Shown: positions 28,611 through 38,356, counted from the first letter of the stretch. The stretch: DNA of 64,000 nucleotides from an uncultured Acidobacteriota bacterium (GCA_963777605.1 CAVZRV010000029.1:192001-256000), one strand, 5' to 3'. Translations and numbers: made by a program. Notes: generated from the sequence alone by a model not told the origin.

Positions 28611-28627
28611 TGCAAGTCCTGGGTGCA
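28611..28627. promoter_or_regulatory. Candidate enhancer (NtrC-like TGCA-N9-TGCA)
   Basis: TGCAAGTCCTGGGTGCA, about 140 bp upstream of the sigma54-like site at 28766. Confidence 0.3.
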
Positions 28628-28765
28628 GGAGTTGGCGATAAGCCCCAGGTTGAATGAGAAGTTGGTCAGAACTCCCAGGCCGATCCGAAGGCTGAGACCA
28701 ATGCACGAATCCGAAAGGGTGTTGGATTGGGCGCGGTCGCTGTAAACTCCTCCAGGAGGGACGGG

Positions 28766-28781
28766 TGGATCGAGTCTTGCG
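28766..28781 (+). promoter_or_regulatory. Putative sigma54 promoter for mtrC copy 2
   Basis: TGGATCGAGTCTTGCG: TGG-N8-TTGC spacing correct. Confidence 0.55.
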
Positions 28782-28897
28782 TTCGTTTTTTTCAGGTTGA
28801 AAAATCGAACTGCCTGTGGGATTGTTTAAGTGTTCTTTTTTCCGTTCCCCTGGGGAGGGGAGCCTATTACTGTGTCTTTTGAAGGAGGGGAGTGTTA

Positions 28898-30937
28898 ATG
28901 AGCCATTCCATGCGAGCGTTCAGACGAATGGGTCTGGTCGTTCTCCTGTTGACTGCTGCCATAGGATTGACTGCGGCCGTAGTCAAGGACGGCGGATATA
29001 CGCCGTTCGACAAGGAGTACTACCTGACCGATGACCAGGTGTCGTTCATACGTCCCGGTTTCACTGCCGAGATCGTGGACTACGCCATCGCCGACGACGG
29101 CACCGTGTCTGTTGTTTACACACTAAAGGATTCCGGCGGACTGCCGCTGGATCAGGACGGTGTATACACGCCGGGGTCGATTCGCATCAGTTTCATCATC
29201 GCGTCCATTCCGGCGGACAAGGATCACTATGTCGCGTATACGACCCGTTCGGTGACCAGCCCCATCTCGGGCGTAACGGCCATTCAGCCGACCTCGGATT
29301 CCGGCGGGACCACCGAGGAAATCGAGATTGGGACGTACCGGTATACCTTTGGTGACAAGTTGCCTCAGGGCTACGACCGGGATACCACGCATTCGATCGG
29401 TTTCTATTCCCAGCGTGACCTCTCCGAGTTCAACCTGGGTTCCCCGGTATCGGACGGCGTGGTCACGTTCGTTCCGAGTGGCGCCGATGTGACCAAGATC
29501 CGCCAGTTGTCGACCGACGCGGCCTGTGCCCAGTGTCATGACAACCTGATCGCCCATGGGCGCCGGCACAGTCTCGATCTCTGTGTCATGTGCCACTACG
29601 ACGGTGTGATCGATCCGGATTCGGAGAACTCGGTTGACATGCGGATCATGGTTCACAAGATCCACATGGGCGAGAACCTGCCCAGCGTTCAAGCCGGCAC
29701 TCCGTATCAGATCATCGGCCACCTCCAGTCGGTTGCCGATTACTCGGAAGTGGTCTTTCCGCAGGATATTCGCAATTGCACGACCTGCCACGTGGCAGAC
29801 GCGGCGCAGAGCGAAGCCTGGTATCTCGACCCCACCCGGGCGGCCTGCGGTTCCTGCCACGACAACGTGGATTTCGCTTCGGGCGAGAACCATGCCGGTG
29901 GACCGTCCATCTCGGACAGCTACTGCGCCAACTGCCACTTCCCGGAAGGGGAACTGGAATTTGACGCTTCGATCAAGGGCGCCCACACCGTTCCGACTGC
30001 CTCCAGGCAGCTGGCCGGCGTCCACATCGACATCCTTGACGTGACCAACACGGGACCGGGTGAGAACCCGACCGTCTTGTTCCACATCAGCGACGATGCC
30101 GGGGACACCATCGCACCGTCCGACCTCAACTTCTTCAACCTGCTGCTGGCCGGTCCCACGACCGACTACACATCGACTGTCAGTGAAGCTGCGGCGGCAG
30201 GAGCGGTTGCGGCCGGCGACGGCGATTACACTTACACCTTCAGCGCGGCGATTCCGGAAGATGCCACTGGCACCTTTGTGGTCGGCGCCGAAGGTCGGAA
30301 GGATGTCACGCTGAATCCGGGAACGACCAAGGAGATGAGTGTCCGCGATTCCGACAAGACCAACCAGGTCTTCTACATCGCAGTCACCGATCCGGAACCG
30401 GTACCGCGGCGCGTGATCGTGGATGACGCCAAGTGCGAGTCCTGCCATAAGAACCTGGCGCTCCACGGCGACAACCGTCACAATGCGACCGCCTACTGCC
30501 AGGTCTGCCATCGGCCGAACGCGGACGATTCTCCATACCGGCCGGCGGATGACTTCCCGGCCCGGGGCATCGACTTCCGGTTCATGGTTCACCGCATCCA
30601 TATGGGTGAGGAACTGACGCGCGACTACACGATCGTCGGTTACCACGGCAGCCTGAACAACTACAACAGCGTTCTCTACCCGAGCGACCGGCGCGATTGC
30701 ACCATGTGCCACGTGGACGAGACTTACAACGTCCCGTCGGCCGGTGTCCAGCCGGTGGTGGATGAGAACGAATTCTTCAGCCCGATTCCGCCGAACTCGG
30801 CGGCTTGTCTGGGTTGTCACGACACGGTCGACGCCGCGTCGCATGCTTTCACCAACCTCTCTCCGTTCGGGGAAGGCTGCGGGGCGTGCCACGCTGCCGA
30901 ACGTGAGTTCGCAGTTGCCAGGGTCCACGCCGACTAA
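28898..30937 (+). CDS. mtrC: OmcA/MtrC-family decaheme cytochrome c, copy 2
   Basis: 10 CXXCH; N-terminal half almost identical to copy 1. Confidence 0.9.
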   Translation: MSHSMRAFRRMGLVVLLLTAAIGLTAAVVKDGGYTPFDKEYYLTDDQVSFIRPGFTAEIVDYAIADDGTVSVVYTLKDSGGLPLDQDGVYTPGSIRISFIIASIPADKDHYVAYTTRSVTSPISGVTAIQPTSDSGGTTEEIEIGTYRYTFGDKLPQGYDRDTTHSIGFYSQRDLSEFNLGSPVSDGVVTFVPSGADVTKIRQLSTDAACAQCHDNLIAHGRRHSLDLCVMCHYDGVIDPDSENSVDMRIMVHKIHMGENLPSVQAGTPYQIIGHLQSVADYSEVVFPQDIRNCTTCHVADAAQSEAWYLDPTRAACGSCHDNVDFASGENHAGGPSISDSYCANCHFPEGELEFDASIKGAHTVPTASRQLAGVHIDILDVTNTGPGENPTVLFHISDDAGDTIAPSDLNFFNLLLAGPTTDYTSTVSEAAAAGAVAAGDGDYTYTFSAAIPEDATGTFVVGAEGRKDVTLNPGTTKEMSVRDSDKTNQVFYIAVTDPEPVPRRVIVDDAKCESCHKNLALHGDNRHNATAYCQVCHRPNADDSPYRPADDFPARGIDFRFMVHRIHMGEELTRDYTIVGYHGSLNNYNSVLYPSDRRDCTMCHVDETYNVPSAGVQPVVDENEFFSPIPPNSAACLGCHDTVDAASHAFTNLSPFGEGCGACHAAEREFAVARVHAD

Positions 30938-30977
30938 GGGCTGAGGCTCGAGGCTACACGACGCAGGTTGTAGCGTC

Positions 30978-31015
30978 AGCCAGAGGGGGACGGAAAGTCC
31001 CCCTCTGGCTTTTTT
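30978..31015 (+). terminator. Intrinsic terminator between mtrC2 and mtrA
   Basis: AGCCAGAGGGGGAC-GGAAA-GTCCCCCTCTGGCT, a perfect 14-bp stem followed by a T run. Confidence 0.85.
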
Positions 31016-31038
31016 GACGAATAGGAGTCTAAGATTTC

Positions 31039-31878
31039 ATGCGCGCTCTCACTTTGCTGGTTCTTGCCGGCTGGGCCCTCGCCGGTCCGGCTCTGGCGGC
31101 CGAAGAGGCCGAGTTGGTGGGCAAGGACACTTGCCTCATGTGTCACGAACTTTCGACCGGATTCCTCTCCAGTGTCCATTCAGACAAGGAGTGTGAATCC
31201 TGCCACGGGCCGGGGAGCGCTCACGTTGATGCCGGTGGCGATGTCTCGCTGATTCGGGGGCCTGGGGCCGCCAACTGGAGTGGTACCTGTCTTTCCTGCC
31301 ATGCGACCGGGGAAGGGGAAATCGGCCATTTCCAGTCGTCACCGCACGGAAAGAACAAGGTTGCCTGCATCGATTGCCACCAGATCCACCAGGAGAAATC
31401 GAGTTTCCGGCTGACGAAGGCGTCTGATCCGGAGCTGTGCGTGAGTTGCCATTCCTCTGTGGAGGCGGCTTTTCGGAAGCCCTTTCACCACCCCGTACTC
31501 GAGGGCGGCATGAAGTGCAGCGACTGCCATAACCCGCACTCGGACAAGACCGAGTCGATGCGGCGGCTGGAAATCGTTTCCGCCAATGGTTGTGCATCCT
31601 GCCACGCCGACAAGAAGGGGCCCTTTGTCTTCACTCACGCGGCAGTCGAGACCGGGGGATGCCTCACCTGCCACCAGAATCACGGAAGTTTCAACTCAAA
31701 GATGCTCGTGCGCAATGATGTCTTTCAGTTGTGTCTCGAATGCCACACGCTCACACCGGGAGTGGCGGCAACTCAGCCTCCCTCGTTTCACGACATTCGC
31801 AGCCCGCGCTACCGGAATTGCACAACCTGTCACCGGGAGATCCACGGTTCCAACGTGAATCCCCTGTTCTTGCGCTAG
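31039..31878 (+). CDS. mtrA: DmsE/MtrA-family periplasmic decaheme cytochrome c
   Basis: Signal peptide, 10 CXXCH, CESCHGPGSAH, KKGPFVFTH, CTTCHREIHGSN. Confidence 0.92.
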   Translation: MRALTLLVLAGWALAGPALAAEEAELVGKDTCLMCHELSTGFLSSVHSDKECESCHGPGSAHVDAGGDVSLIRGPGAANWSGTCLSCHATGEGEIGHFQSSPHGKNKVACIDCHQIHQEKSSFRLTKASDPELCVSCHSSVEAAFRKPFHHPVLEGGMKCSDCHNPHSDKTESMRRLEIVSANGCASCHADKKGPFVFTHAAVETGGCLTCHQNHGSFNSKMLVRNDVFQLCLECHTLTPGVAATQPPSFHDIRSPRYRNCTTCHREIHGSNVNPLFLR

Positions 31879-31887
31879 AGGATCATC

Positions 31888-33882
31888 ATGAACAGCAGAT
31901 TCACATCCCTATATGTTTTGATTCTTTTACTGGCCGGGGGATTGCTGACCATGAACTCGGTGGCTCAAGATGATTCGTCGAAGGACGAACTCCGGCTCAA
32001 CCTGGATTTTGGATACCGATGGAGAATGGGCTTCAGGGGCAGTGAAGACCTCTATCGCAGTCAGATTGATCTCGGTGAGGGCCCGAAGCTGTTTTCGGGC
32101 GACCTTTTCTTCGCGCCTGCGGCGGGCTCCAACCGTCTTCTCGACCGACTCGAACTGAACTTGGGTAGTTGGGGGGGAGAGCCCTACAATACGGCGCGCT
32201 TCAGAATGGCCAAGAACGGCCTCTACGACCTGAACTTCAATTACCAGAACGTTTCGTTTTTCAACTCAATCCCGACCTTTGCCAATCCTCTGATTGAAAA
32301 GGGCAGTCTCGTCTCGCAGCACCGCGAAGACAGTTCACTTCGGACTGCCAGCGTGGAGTTGCGCCTGTTCCCGGGGGCGCGGTGGACCCCGATTTTCGCG
32401 TACCAGCGGACCAGTCGTTTTGGGAACGTCAACACGACCTTTTCGGGTGACTGGGACGAGTTCCAGTTGAATAAGGATTTGGACTTTTCGTCGGACGATC
32501 TGCGGTTGGGAGTGCTCTACCATCGGAGCAATTTCTCGGCTCAGATCGAGCAGGGCGGGCGCTGGTATCGCGACTTGTCTACCTTCTCGTCTCCAGGCTT
32601 TCAGGAGGGGAATTCGACGCGGCCGTTTATTGGCCGGGACATTTATCTGGACAGCTATGGGGCCCGGCAGGACGTCAAGTCCCGCATTATCCCGTACTCG
32701 ACGGTGCGCTTGACCTATACACCCGTCAACAACATTTTGCTCCAGGGGCGGGCTTCCTATTCTCAGGCCGACTTCCGGTCGCGCTTCTATGAAGACCTCT
32801 CCGGGAATTTTTTCTCGTACCCGGCTCTGAAAGCCTCCTACACGGGGAGCGAGCAAGATGTGTCCGGCCGATTCAAGTCTCCCAATCTCTTCATCGACCT
32901 GTCGGGGCAGTGGTCCCTGGTCTCGAGAGTGCGGATCATCGAGCGGTATCAGGCACGGCGGTCGCACCTCTCAGGCTCTCGCTCACTCGATCTGACGCTC
33001 TACAACGTGGATCCGGCGCTGAGTATTCGCACTTATGATCAACTGGACCTCCAGAGTGTATGGCAGTCCCTGTATGCGCAGGACTATGACCGTCAGCAAC
33101 TGGAAGGGATCGTTGCCGCTACTCCTGAACTGGACCTGCGCGTGGGGCACCGCTATGAGAAACGCTCCATGGATCTGGGGTTATCCGGCGTGGATGAGAT
33201 CAGCCCGACGTCACCGCTGTTCGGGCGGCGCAGTTACGACGCCTCCCGGAACGTTTTAATCGTTGGAGGCGCATACCGGTTCTCGTCGCGGAATCGGTTG
33301 TCGGTCGATTACGAGCACGGCACTACGGACCAGCCTATCTTTCGGACCAGCGTCACCGATTTCGACCGGCTGAAGGTCAAGGGACGAGTCTCGCCGACGG
33401 AAGCTCTCGAATTCAGCGGGATGGTGTCTCTGTTCGACAACAAGGAAGACGTCATCGATTACAACTCCGAGAACCGGTCCTACAACCTGCAGTTCAACTA
33501 CCGCCCTTTCAGCAGGGTAGGTTTCTCGGGACAGTGGGAACGTACCGACTGGAACACCCGGATTCCGTACCTCGCCCCGCAGTCCCTGACGTGGGACCTC
33601 TTCCGGTTCGAGGAGAAGGCCAACTACGGCAACATGTTGGTCGATCTGACCCTGGTACGGAACTCGCGTCTCAGCCTCGGTTACTCGGTCTGGGGGAACA
33701 CCGGGACGTTCCCGGTGAATTTCCACCAGCCGACGGCCCGGCTCGACGTACCCCTGGGCGAGCGCCTGGTTGCTTACGGGCAGTGGAACTATTACGACTA
33801 CAACGAAAAGGTAGACTTCTATCCCCAGGACTACCGCACGCATCTGGCAGTCTTCGGGTTCCGGGTCAACATAGACCGGTGA
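31888..33882 (+). CDS. mtrB: MtrB/PioB-like outer-membrane beta-barrel
   Basis: Signal peptide, aromatic-rich amphipathic strands, 10 bp after mtrA; assignment rests largely on gene order. Confidence 0.75.
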   Translation: MNSRFTSLYVLILLLAGGLLTMNSVAQDDSSKDELRLNLDFGYRWRMGFRGSEDLYRSQIDLGEGPKLFSGDLFFAPAAGSNRLLDRLELNLGSWGGEPYNTARFRMAKNGLYDLNFNYQNVSFFNSIPTFANPLIEKGSLVSQHREDSSLRTASVELRLFPGARWTPIFAYQRTSRFGNVNTTFSGDWDEFQLNKDLDFSSDDLRLGVLYHRSNFSAQIEQGGRWYRDLSTFSSPGFQEGNSTRPFIGRDIYLDSYGARQDVKSRIIPYSTVRLTYTPVNNILLQGRASYSQADFRSRFYEDLSGNFFSYPALKASYTGSEQDVSGRFKSPNLFIDLSGQWSLVSRVRIIERYQARRSHLSGSRSLDLTLYNVDPALSIRTYDQLDLQSVWQSLYAQDYDRQQLEGIVAATPELDLRVGHRYEKRSMDLGLSGVDEISPTSPLFGRRSYDASRNVLIVGGAYRFSSRNRLSVDYEHGTTDQPIFRTSVTDFDRLKVKGRVSPTEALEFSGMVSLFDNKEDVIDYNSENRSYNLQFNYRPFSRVGFSGQWERTDWNTRIPYLAPQSLTWDLFRFEEKANYGNMLVDLTLVRNSRLSLGYSVWGNTGTFPVNFHQPTARLDVPLGERLVAYGQWNYYDYNEKVDFYPQDYRTHLAVFGFRVNIDR

Positions 33883-33918
33883 ACATCTGAAGTCTACGAT
33901 TTCTGATGGGTGATTTGG

Positions 33919-33944
33919 GGGCGGAATCGAGCGGTTCCGCCCTT
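33919..33944 (+). terminator. Hairpin after mtrB, possible terminator
   Basis: GGGCGGAA...TTCCGCCC followed by TT. Confidence 0.45.
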
Positions 33945-34183
33945 CTCGCATACGGCCCTATCGCTTCCTCTCCCCCCAAGCGGCGCCCTTTGCACTTTCT
34001 TGCCGCGGTCTCTTCGCACTTCTTCCCACACGTTCGTTAATACTAGATGGGGATAGGGGTTTGGCCTCCGCCGGAGGCTTTGCCCGGGGGCTTCGTGTGC
34101 CCGCCGGCGGATTGGGCACGGAGCGACGAGGCTGATCTTGGTCTATTGGCGATTTTGGCAACACACGGCCGAAATCAAGAATC

Positions 34184-34768
34184 TCAGATTTTCTTGAGGA
34201 TTGCCACGGCCTCGATTTCGATGAGGAGGTCCTCTCGGCAGAGCCTGGCCTGGATCCCCACGCTGGCCGGAAGGGGGTCGAGGCAATGCCACTGGTAGAA
34301 AACGTTCCGCACCCGGTTGAACTCGTCGTAATCACGCTCGATGTCGCGCAGGTAGCAGGTCGTCTTGATCACGTCCTTCCACGTTGCACCTTCGCTTTCG
34401 AGGAGGGTGGTGATATTTCTGTATGTTCGCCAGCACTGGGCCCGGAAGTCCCCCTTGTAGACGGTCTCTCCGCCTCCATCGATGCTGGCAGTGCCGGAGA
34501 TCAGGAGGAGCGTGTATTTCCCGAGTTCGAGGCGCAACCCGCGGGAAAAGGCCGACCCGTAGTCACAGGCTTCGTTCAGAACGGAGTGCGCCGAGATCCC
34601 CTGCCTTTCCACCGATGAATAACCCGGCGGGTGAGGCGTCGGTTCGAGGGCTCGGGGTGTGCCGAGTGTCGACAACATGCCGAGAGCGATCAATTCATCG
34701 CGCTCTTCTTCGGAAACGTTTTCCAGGTCGAGTAGGTCTTTCACGGGATCGGCAACATTCTCAGTCAT
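34184..34768 (-). CDS. Rid (YjgF/RidA) family hydrolase
   Basis: SAFSRG, LISGTASID, LCREDLLIEIEAVA; GGAGG RBS before ATG 34768. Confidence 0.85.
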   Translation of the reverse strand: MTENVADPVKDLLDLENVSEEERDELIALGMLSTLGTPRALEPTPHPPGYSSVERQGISAHSVLNEACDYGSAFSRGLRLELGKYTLLLISGTASIDGGGETVYKGDFRAQCWRTYRNITTLLESEGATWKDVIKTTCYLRDIERDYDEFNRVRNVFYQWHCLDPLPASVGIQARLCREDLLIEIEAVAILKKI

Positions 34769-35145
34769 TGGATCGAAACTCCTCCACACAAACAGCAAAC
34801 AGGAGCAACTCTTCACGGGCAGGGAATTGCCGGAATCAGGGGCTTGTGCCCACAATTCCGAAACCCGTTCAACGCAGCGGCCCCAACTTCAGGCCCTATT
34901 CTAACTCAAACGGCGAGCTCAACTCGCCAACCGGAGGGACCTCCCGGTCAGCGTGACCCACTGATCGTCCCTCAGCCTGGGCTCGAAAGCGGCCTCAGTT
35001 ATTGAGTATCCCCCACCCAAATTGAATCCAGACCCTCCGAATTATCCAGGCCATCCAAGCGTGACAGGCGGGGAGAGGGGCAACGAGTGCCCCTCTCCGA
35101 CAAGGGAGGGTGAATAAATCTATGTGATTTGCTGTAGATATTGCA

Positions 35146-35161
35146 CGCAAGTCGTATGCCA
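35146..35161 (-). promoter_or_regulatory. Sigma54 promoter, near consensus
   Basis: Minus strand TGGCATACGACTTGCG. Confidence 0.75.
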
Positions 35162-35706
35162 CCCAGCGACCCGCATAAACGCTGAGTTTCCGTGATTTAT
35201 CCTGATCCGGTCCGGGGTACAAGACCCAAATCGCTTTGCCGGATGGTGAAATTCCCCAGTGGAATCGGGGGCAATTGGGGTGAGAAGGAGGATGCCGGGA
35301 GGATCAACTCCTTTTGGCGCAGGTAGCTGGAAGAGGAAGTTGACCCGGGTCAGTACGCCGAACCGGCTTTTCGGACCGTGACAACTCTCGCAACCGCGAA
35401 CCGATCCACTCAGTTCGAATGAATCGAGTCGGGCGTGGACAGACCGGGTGAGCTAAGTCGCAAGTTCCTCGTGGCAACTTGAGCAGGCCTGGATAGGAAC
35501 ATGGGAATCCTCTTGGACTCTGCTGAATCGTGAAGATTCCCCGCGTGTAAGAATGTGCCTTTTGCCCCAACAAATGTACTGTCTGGTGGGTTCAGTGGCC
35601 CACTCTGGTACCCTAAGATGGTCAGAGGGGAGAAAGGCGGACCCAAATCAACAAATTTGAAACGGAAGGGGACGTTTTTTGAGTCTATTAGGTCCGGAGA
35701 TGCAGC

Positions 35707-36207
35707 GTGAGTGACCAGATGGCAAGAGCCGGAAAGGCTCGAACGATTACCGCAATCCCGCTGGTCGCTCCATTCTCGGAGCCGCAGCCGGGGATGTTGA
35801 AAATCGGCGAAGCGGCTCGAAGACTGGGGATTTCGGTCCAGGCGATTCGCCTTTATGAGGCCGAAGGACTGTTGATCTCGTTCCGCTCTGAAAAGGGTAC
35901 CCGTTGGTACAGCGAGGCAGACCTTAACTGGATTGCGCAAATCAAGCGAATGGCGCAGGAGGGATTGAACTTCGAAGGCATCCGGCGCCTACTTGCTCAA
36001 ATCCCCTGCTGGGCTCTCAAACCCTGCCGCCCCGAGGCTCATGCCAACTGTGCTATGCGGTACGAGGCCCGAATGCCGTGCTGGATCGCGCCTGAGAAGC
36101 TCTGCACCGAACAGCTCAAAGAGTGCTACCACTGCAATGCCTATCGGCGCGCTTCCGACTTCGTCAATCTCAAGGTCAGCACCAACCTGATTGTCCTCGA
36201 AACCTGA
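35707..36207 (+). CDS. MerR-family regulator with a 7-Cys (two CW motifs) C-terminal domain
   Basis: LKIGEAARRLGISVQAIRLYEAEGL..GTRWYS; CW..C..C..CW..C..CxxC. Confidence 0.9.
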   Translation: MSDQMARAGKARTITAIPLVAPFSEPQPGMLKIGEAARRLGISVQAIRLYEAEGLLISFRSEKGTRWYSEADLNWIAQIKRMAQEGLNFEGIRRLLAQIPCWALKPCRPEAHANCAMRYEARMPCWIAPEKLCTEQLKECYHCNAYRRASDFVNLKVSTNLIVLET

Positions 36208-36235
36208 TCCCTGATCTCCGCTCTTCCGCACCGCA

Positions 36236-36251
36236 AGGCACGAATCGTGCT
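36236..36251 (+). promoter_or_regulatory. Putative sigma54 promoter for the 11-heme CbcL-like gene
   Basis: AGGCACGAATCGTGCT: GG-N10-GC, same GTGCT variant as at 22117. Confidence 0.65.
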
Positions 36252-36318
36252 TGCTGTTCAGCAAAAGTAGCTGTTTGAGACGTCTCCAATTAGTCTGACT
36301 TCGGCAGTGGAAAGTGGA

Positions 36319-38259
36319 ATGAGATTGATAAAGAGCGGAACTTGTCTGCGGTTATTGTTTACCTGTTCAGTGTTGTTTCTGTTGCCTTTGCAGGTTCTAA
36401 TGGCGCAGGAGGCCGAAACCTGCCTGGAGTGTCACGGGGACCAGGGATTGACCGAGGATCCGGATACAGCTCGCCTGTTCGTTGATGGTGCCGTATTTGA
36501 GAACTCGGTCCACGGGACTTTCACCTGTGTTGACTGCCACCAGGATCTTGCTGGCGCTGACCCTTATGGGCATGCTTCAGACCTGGCCCCAGTCGATTGT
36601 TCCATGTGCCACGACGATATCGTCTCTGAGTACCACGAAAGCCTGCACTACTATGCCCGTCAACGGGGAAACGACCGGGCACCCGAATGTACGGGCTGTC
36701 ACGGGACGCACAACATCCTGCCCAAGAGTGACCCTACATCTCCGAGTCACCGCGGAAACATCGTGGAGATGTGCGCTTCCTGCCACAGCGGTCGCGACCT
36801 CTTAGCCGACCAGTTGGTCCGCCTGCCCGAGGCTGCACGTGGCTACGCAAGTTCGGTCCATGGGCAGGCCCAAAGGCGCGGGATCGACACCGCGGCGGTC
36901 TGCAGCGACTGTCACGGAGCCCACCTTCTGAAGGGTGTGCTCGATCCCCAGTCGAAGATCAACCCGGTGAATGTTAGTAAGACGTGCGGGCAGTGCCACA
37001 ATGACATTCGCGATCAGTACGACAAGTCAATCCACGGCCGCGCGCTGGCTGCCGGGATTTCGGAGAGCCCGACCTGCAATACCTGTCACGGTGAGCACCA
37101 GATTGAGTCACCCAAAGATCCGAATGCCGCAACTTCGGCGGCGCGTCAGGCTATGGAGACCTGTGCCTCATGTCACGAGAATCCTCGCATGAATGCCAAG
37201 TTCGGGCTCGCGGGGAATGTGGTGTCGAGTTATGAGGACAGCTACCACGGTTGGGCAAAGCGGTGGGATTCTCCGACTGCCGCGACCTGCGTTCGTTGCC
37301 ACACTGCTCACTGGGTACTTCCGGAGCGAGATCCAGCTTCTACGATAAGCCCGAAGAACGTCACAGAGACGTGCCGGCAGTGCCATCCCGACGCGGACCT
37401 GGCATTTTCGATCAGCTACACCCACAAGACGGCAGCACCGTCGGCCAACCCCGTGACCCAGTGGCTGGAATGGGCGTACATGATCATCATCCCCGCAGTT
37501 ATCGGGGGCATGATCATTCACAACCTGATCATCTGGATCTTCTACCTCATCCGCCGTCGTCGAAACGAACTGAGCGGCGAGCAGATCAGCCGAATGGACA
37601 AGAGCCAGGTGCTCCAGCACCTGGTTCTTGCGGTCAGCTTCACCGTTCTGGTGCTGACCGGGTTTGCCTTGCGCTACCCGGATGCTTTCTGGGTCATTCC
37701 GCTGAAAGCCATGGGCCTTGATGAGACCCTGCGTTCGATCGTTCACCGGGTGGCTGGAGTCGCGCTGATCGGTGTAAGTGTCTACCATGTGGCCTACGTG
37801 GTTGCCAGCCGAAGAGGGCGTCGCGACCTGATCGGGATGGCCCCGCGCCTGCGCGATCTGACCGACTTCATCGCCAACATGGGCTACTACCTTGGATGGC
37901 GGTCGCGCCGGGTCGAATTCGACCAGTATGACTACACGCAAAAGGCGGAATACTGGGCGCTGGTTTGGGGGACCCTGGTCATGGCCCTGAGCGGCCTCGT
38001 GCTCTGGTTCCCGGAAATTGCGGTCAACTACTTCCCGACCTGGATTGTCCAGGCGTCCCAGTTGCTGCACTTCTATGAAGCGTGGCTGGCCATGCTGGCC
38101 ATCATCGTGTGGCACTTCTTCTTCGTCATCGCCCACCCGGAGGTCTATCCCATGAGTTGGACCTGGATCACCGGGAAGATGAACAAGGAAGAGGCCCTGC
38201 ATCACCATGGCGAGTGGGTAGAGCGACTGGAGAAGGAAGAAACCGAAAAACTGATCTGA
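36319..38259 (+). CDS. 11-heme cytochrome c fused to cytochrome b (CbcL-like)
   Basis: 11 CXXCH, then a TM domain with LQH, VHRVAG, YH, YTQKAEYWALVWG, LHFYEA, WHFF; start 36307 or 36319. Confidence 0.9.
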   Translation: MRLIKSGTCLRLLFTCSVLFLLPLQVLMAQEAETCLECHGDQGLTEDPDTARLFVDGAVFENSVHGTFTCVDCHQDLAGADPYGHASDLAPVDCSMCHDDIVSEYHESLHYYARQRGNDRAPECTGCHGTHNILPKSDPTSPSHRGNIVEMCASCHSGRDLLADQLVRLPEAARGYASSVHGQAQRRGIDTAAVCSDCHGAHLLKGVLDPQSKINPVNVSKTCGQCHNDIRDQYDKSIHGRALAAGISESPTCNTCHGEHQIESPKDPNAATSAARQAMETCASCHENPRMNAKFGLAGNVVSSYEDSYHGWAKRWDSPTAATCVRCHTAHWVLPERDPASTISPKNVTETCRQCHPDADLAFSISYTHKTAAPSANPVTQWLEWAYMIIIPAVIGGMIIHNLIIWIFYLIRRRRNELSGEQISRMDKSQVLQHLVLAVSFTVLVLTGFALRYPDAFWVIPLKAMGLDETLRSIVHRVAGVALIGVSVYHVAYVVASRRGRRDLIGMAPRLRDLTDFIANMGYYLGWRSRRVEFDQYDYTQKAEYWALVWGTLVMALSGLVLWFPEIAVNYFPTWIVQASQLLHFYEAWLAMLAIIVWHFFFVIAHPEVYPMSWTWITGKMNKEEALHHHGEWVERLEKEETEKLI

Positions 38260-38356
38260 GGCCTTCGAATTGAAACGCGAAGTCGCGAAGGTCGCCAGGG
38301 GTGTTTTGTTGAAAAAAGAGTTCTTCGCGCCTTGGGGCGGTTCAATCCAGTCGGGG

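Noticed and set aside
29123-30928. Long antisense ORFs (also 5223-6956, 48953-50704, 38944-40152)
   Set aside because: Shadows of GC-rich genes on the opposite strand with no recognisable motifs
35215-35260. Cyclic-dinucleotide (GEMM) riboswitch on the minus strand
   Set aside because: Only a GCAAAGC..GGGTCT fragment; no GNRA-capped stem or receptor could be built
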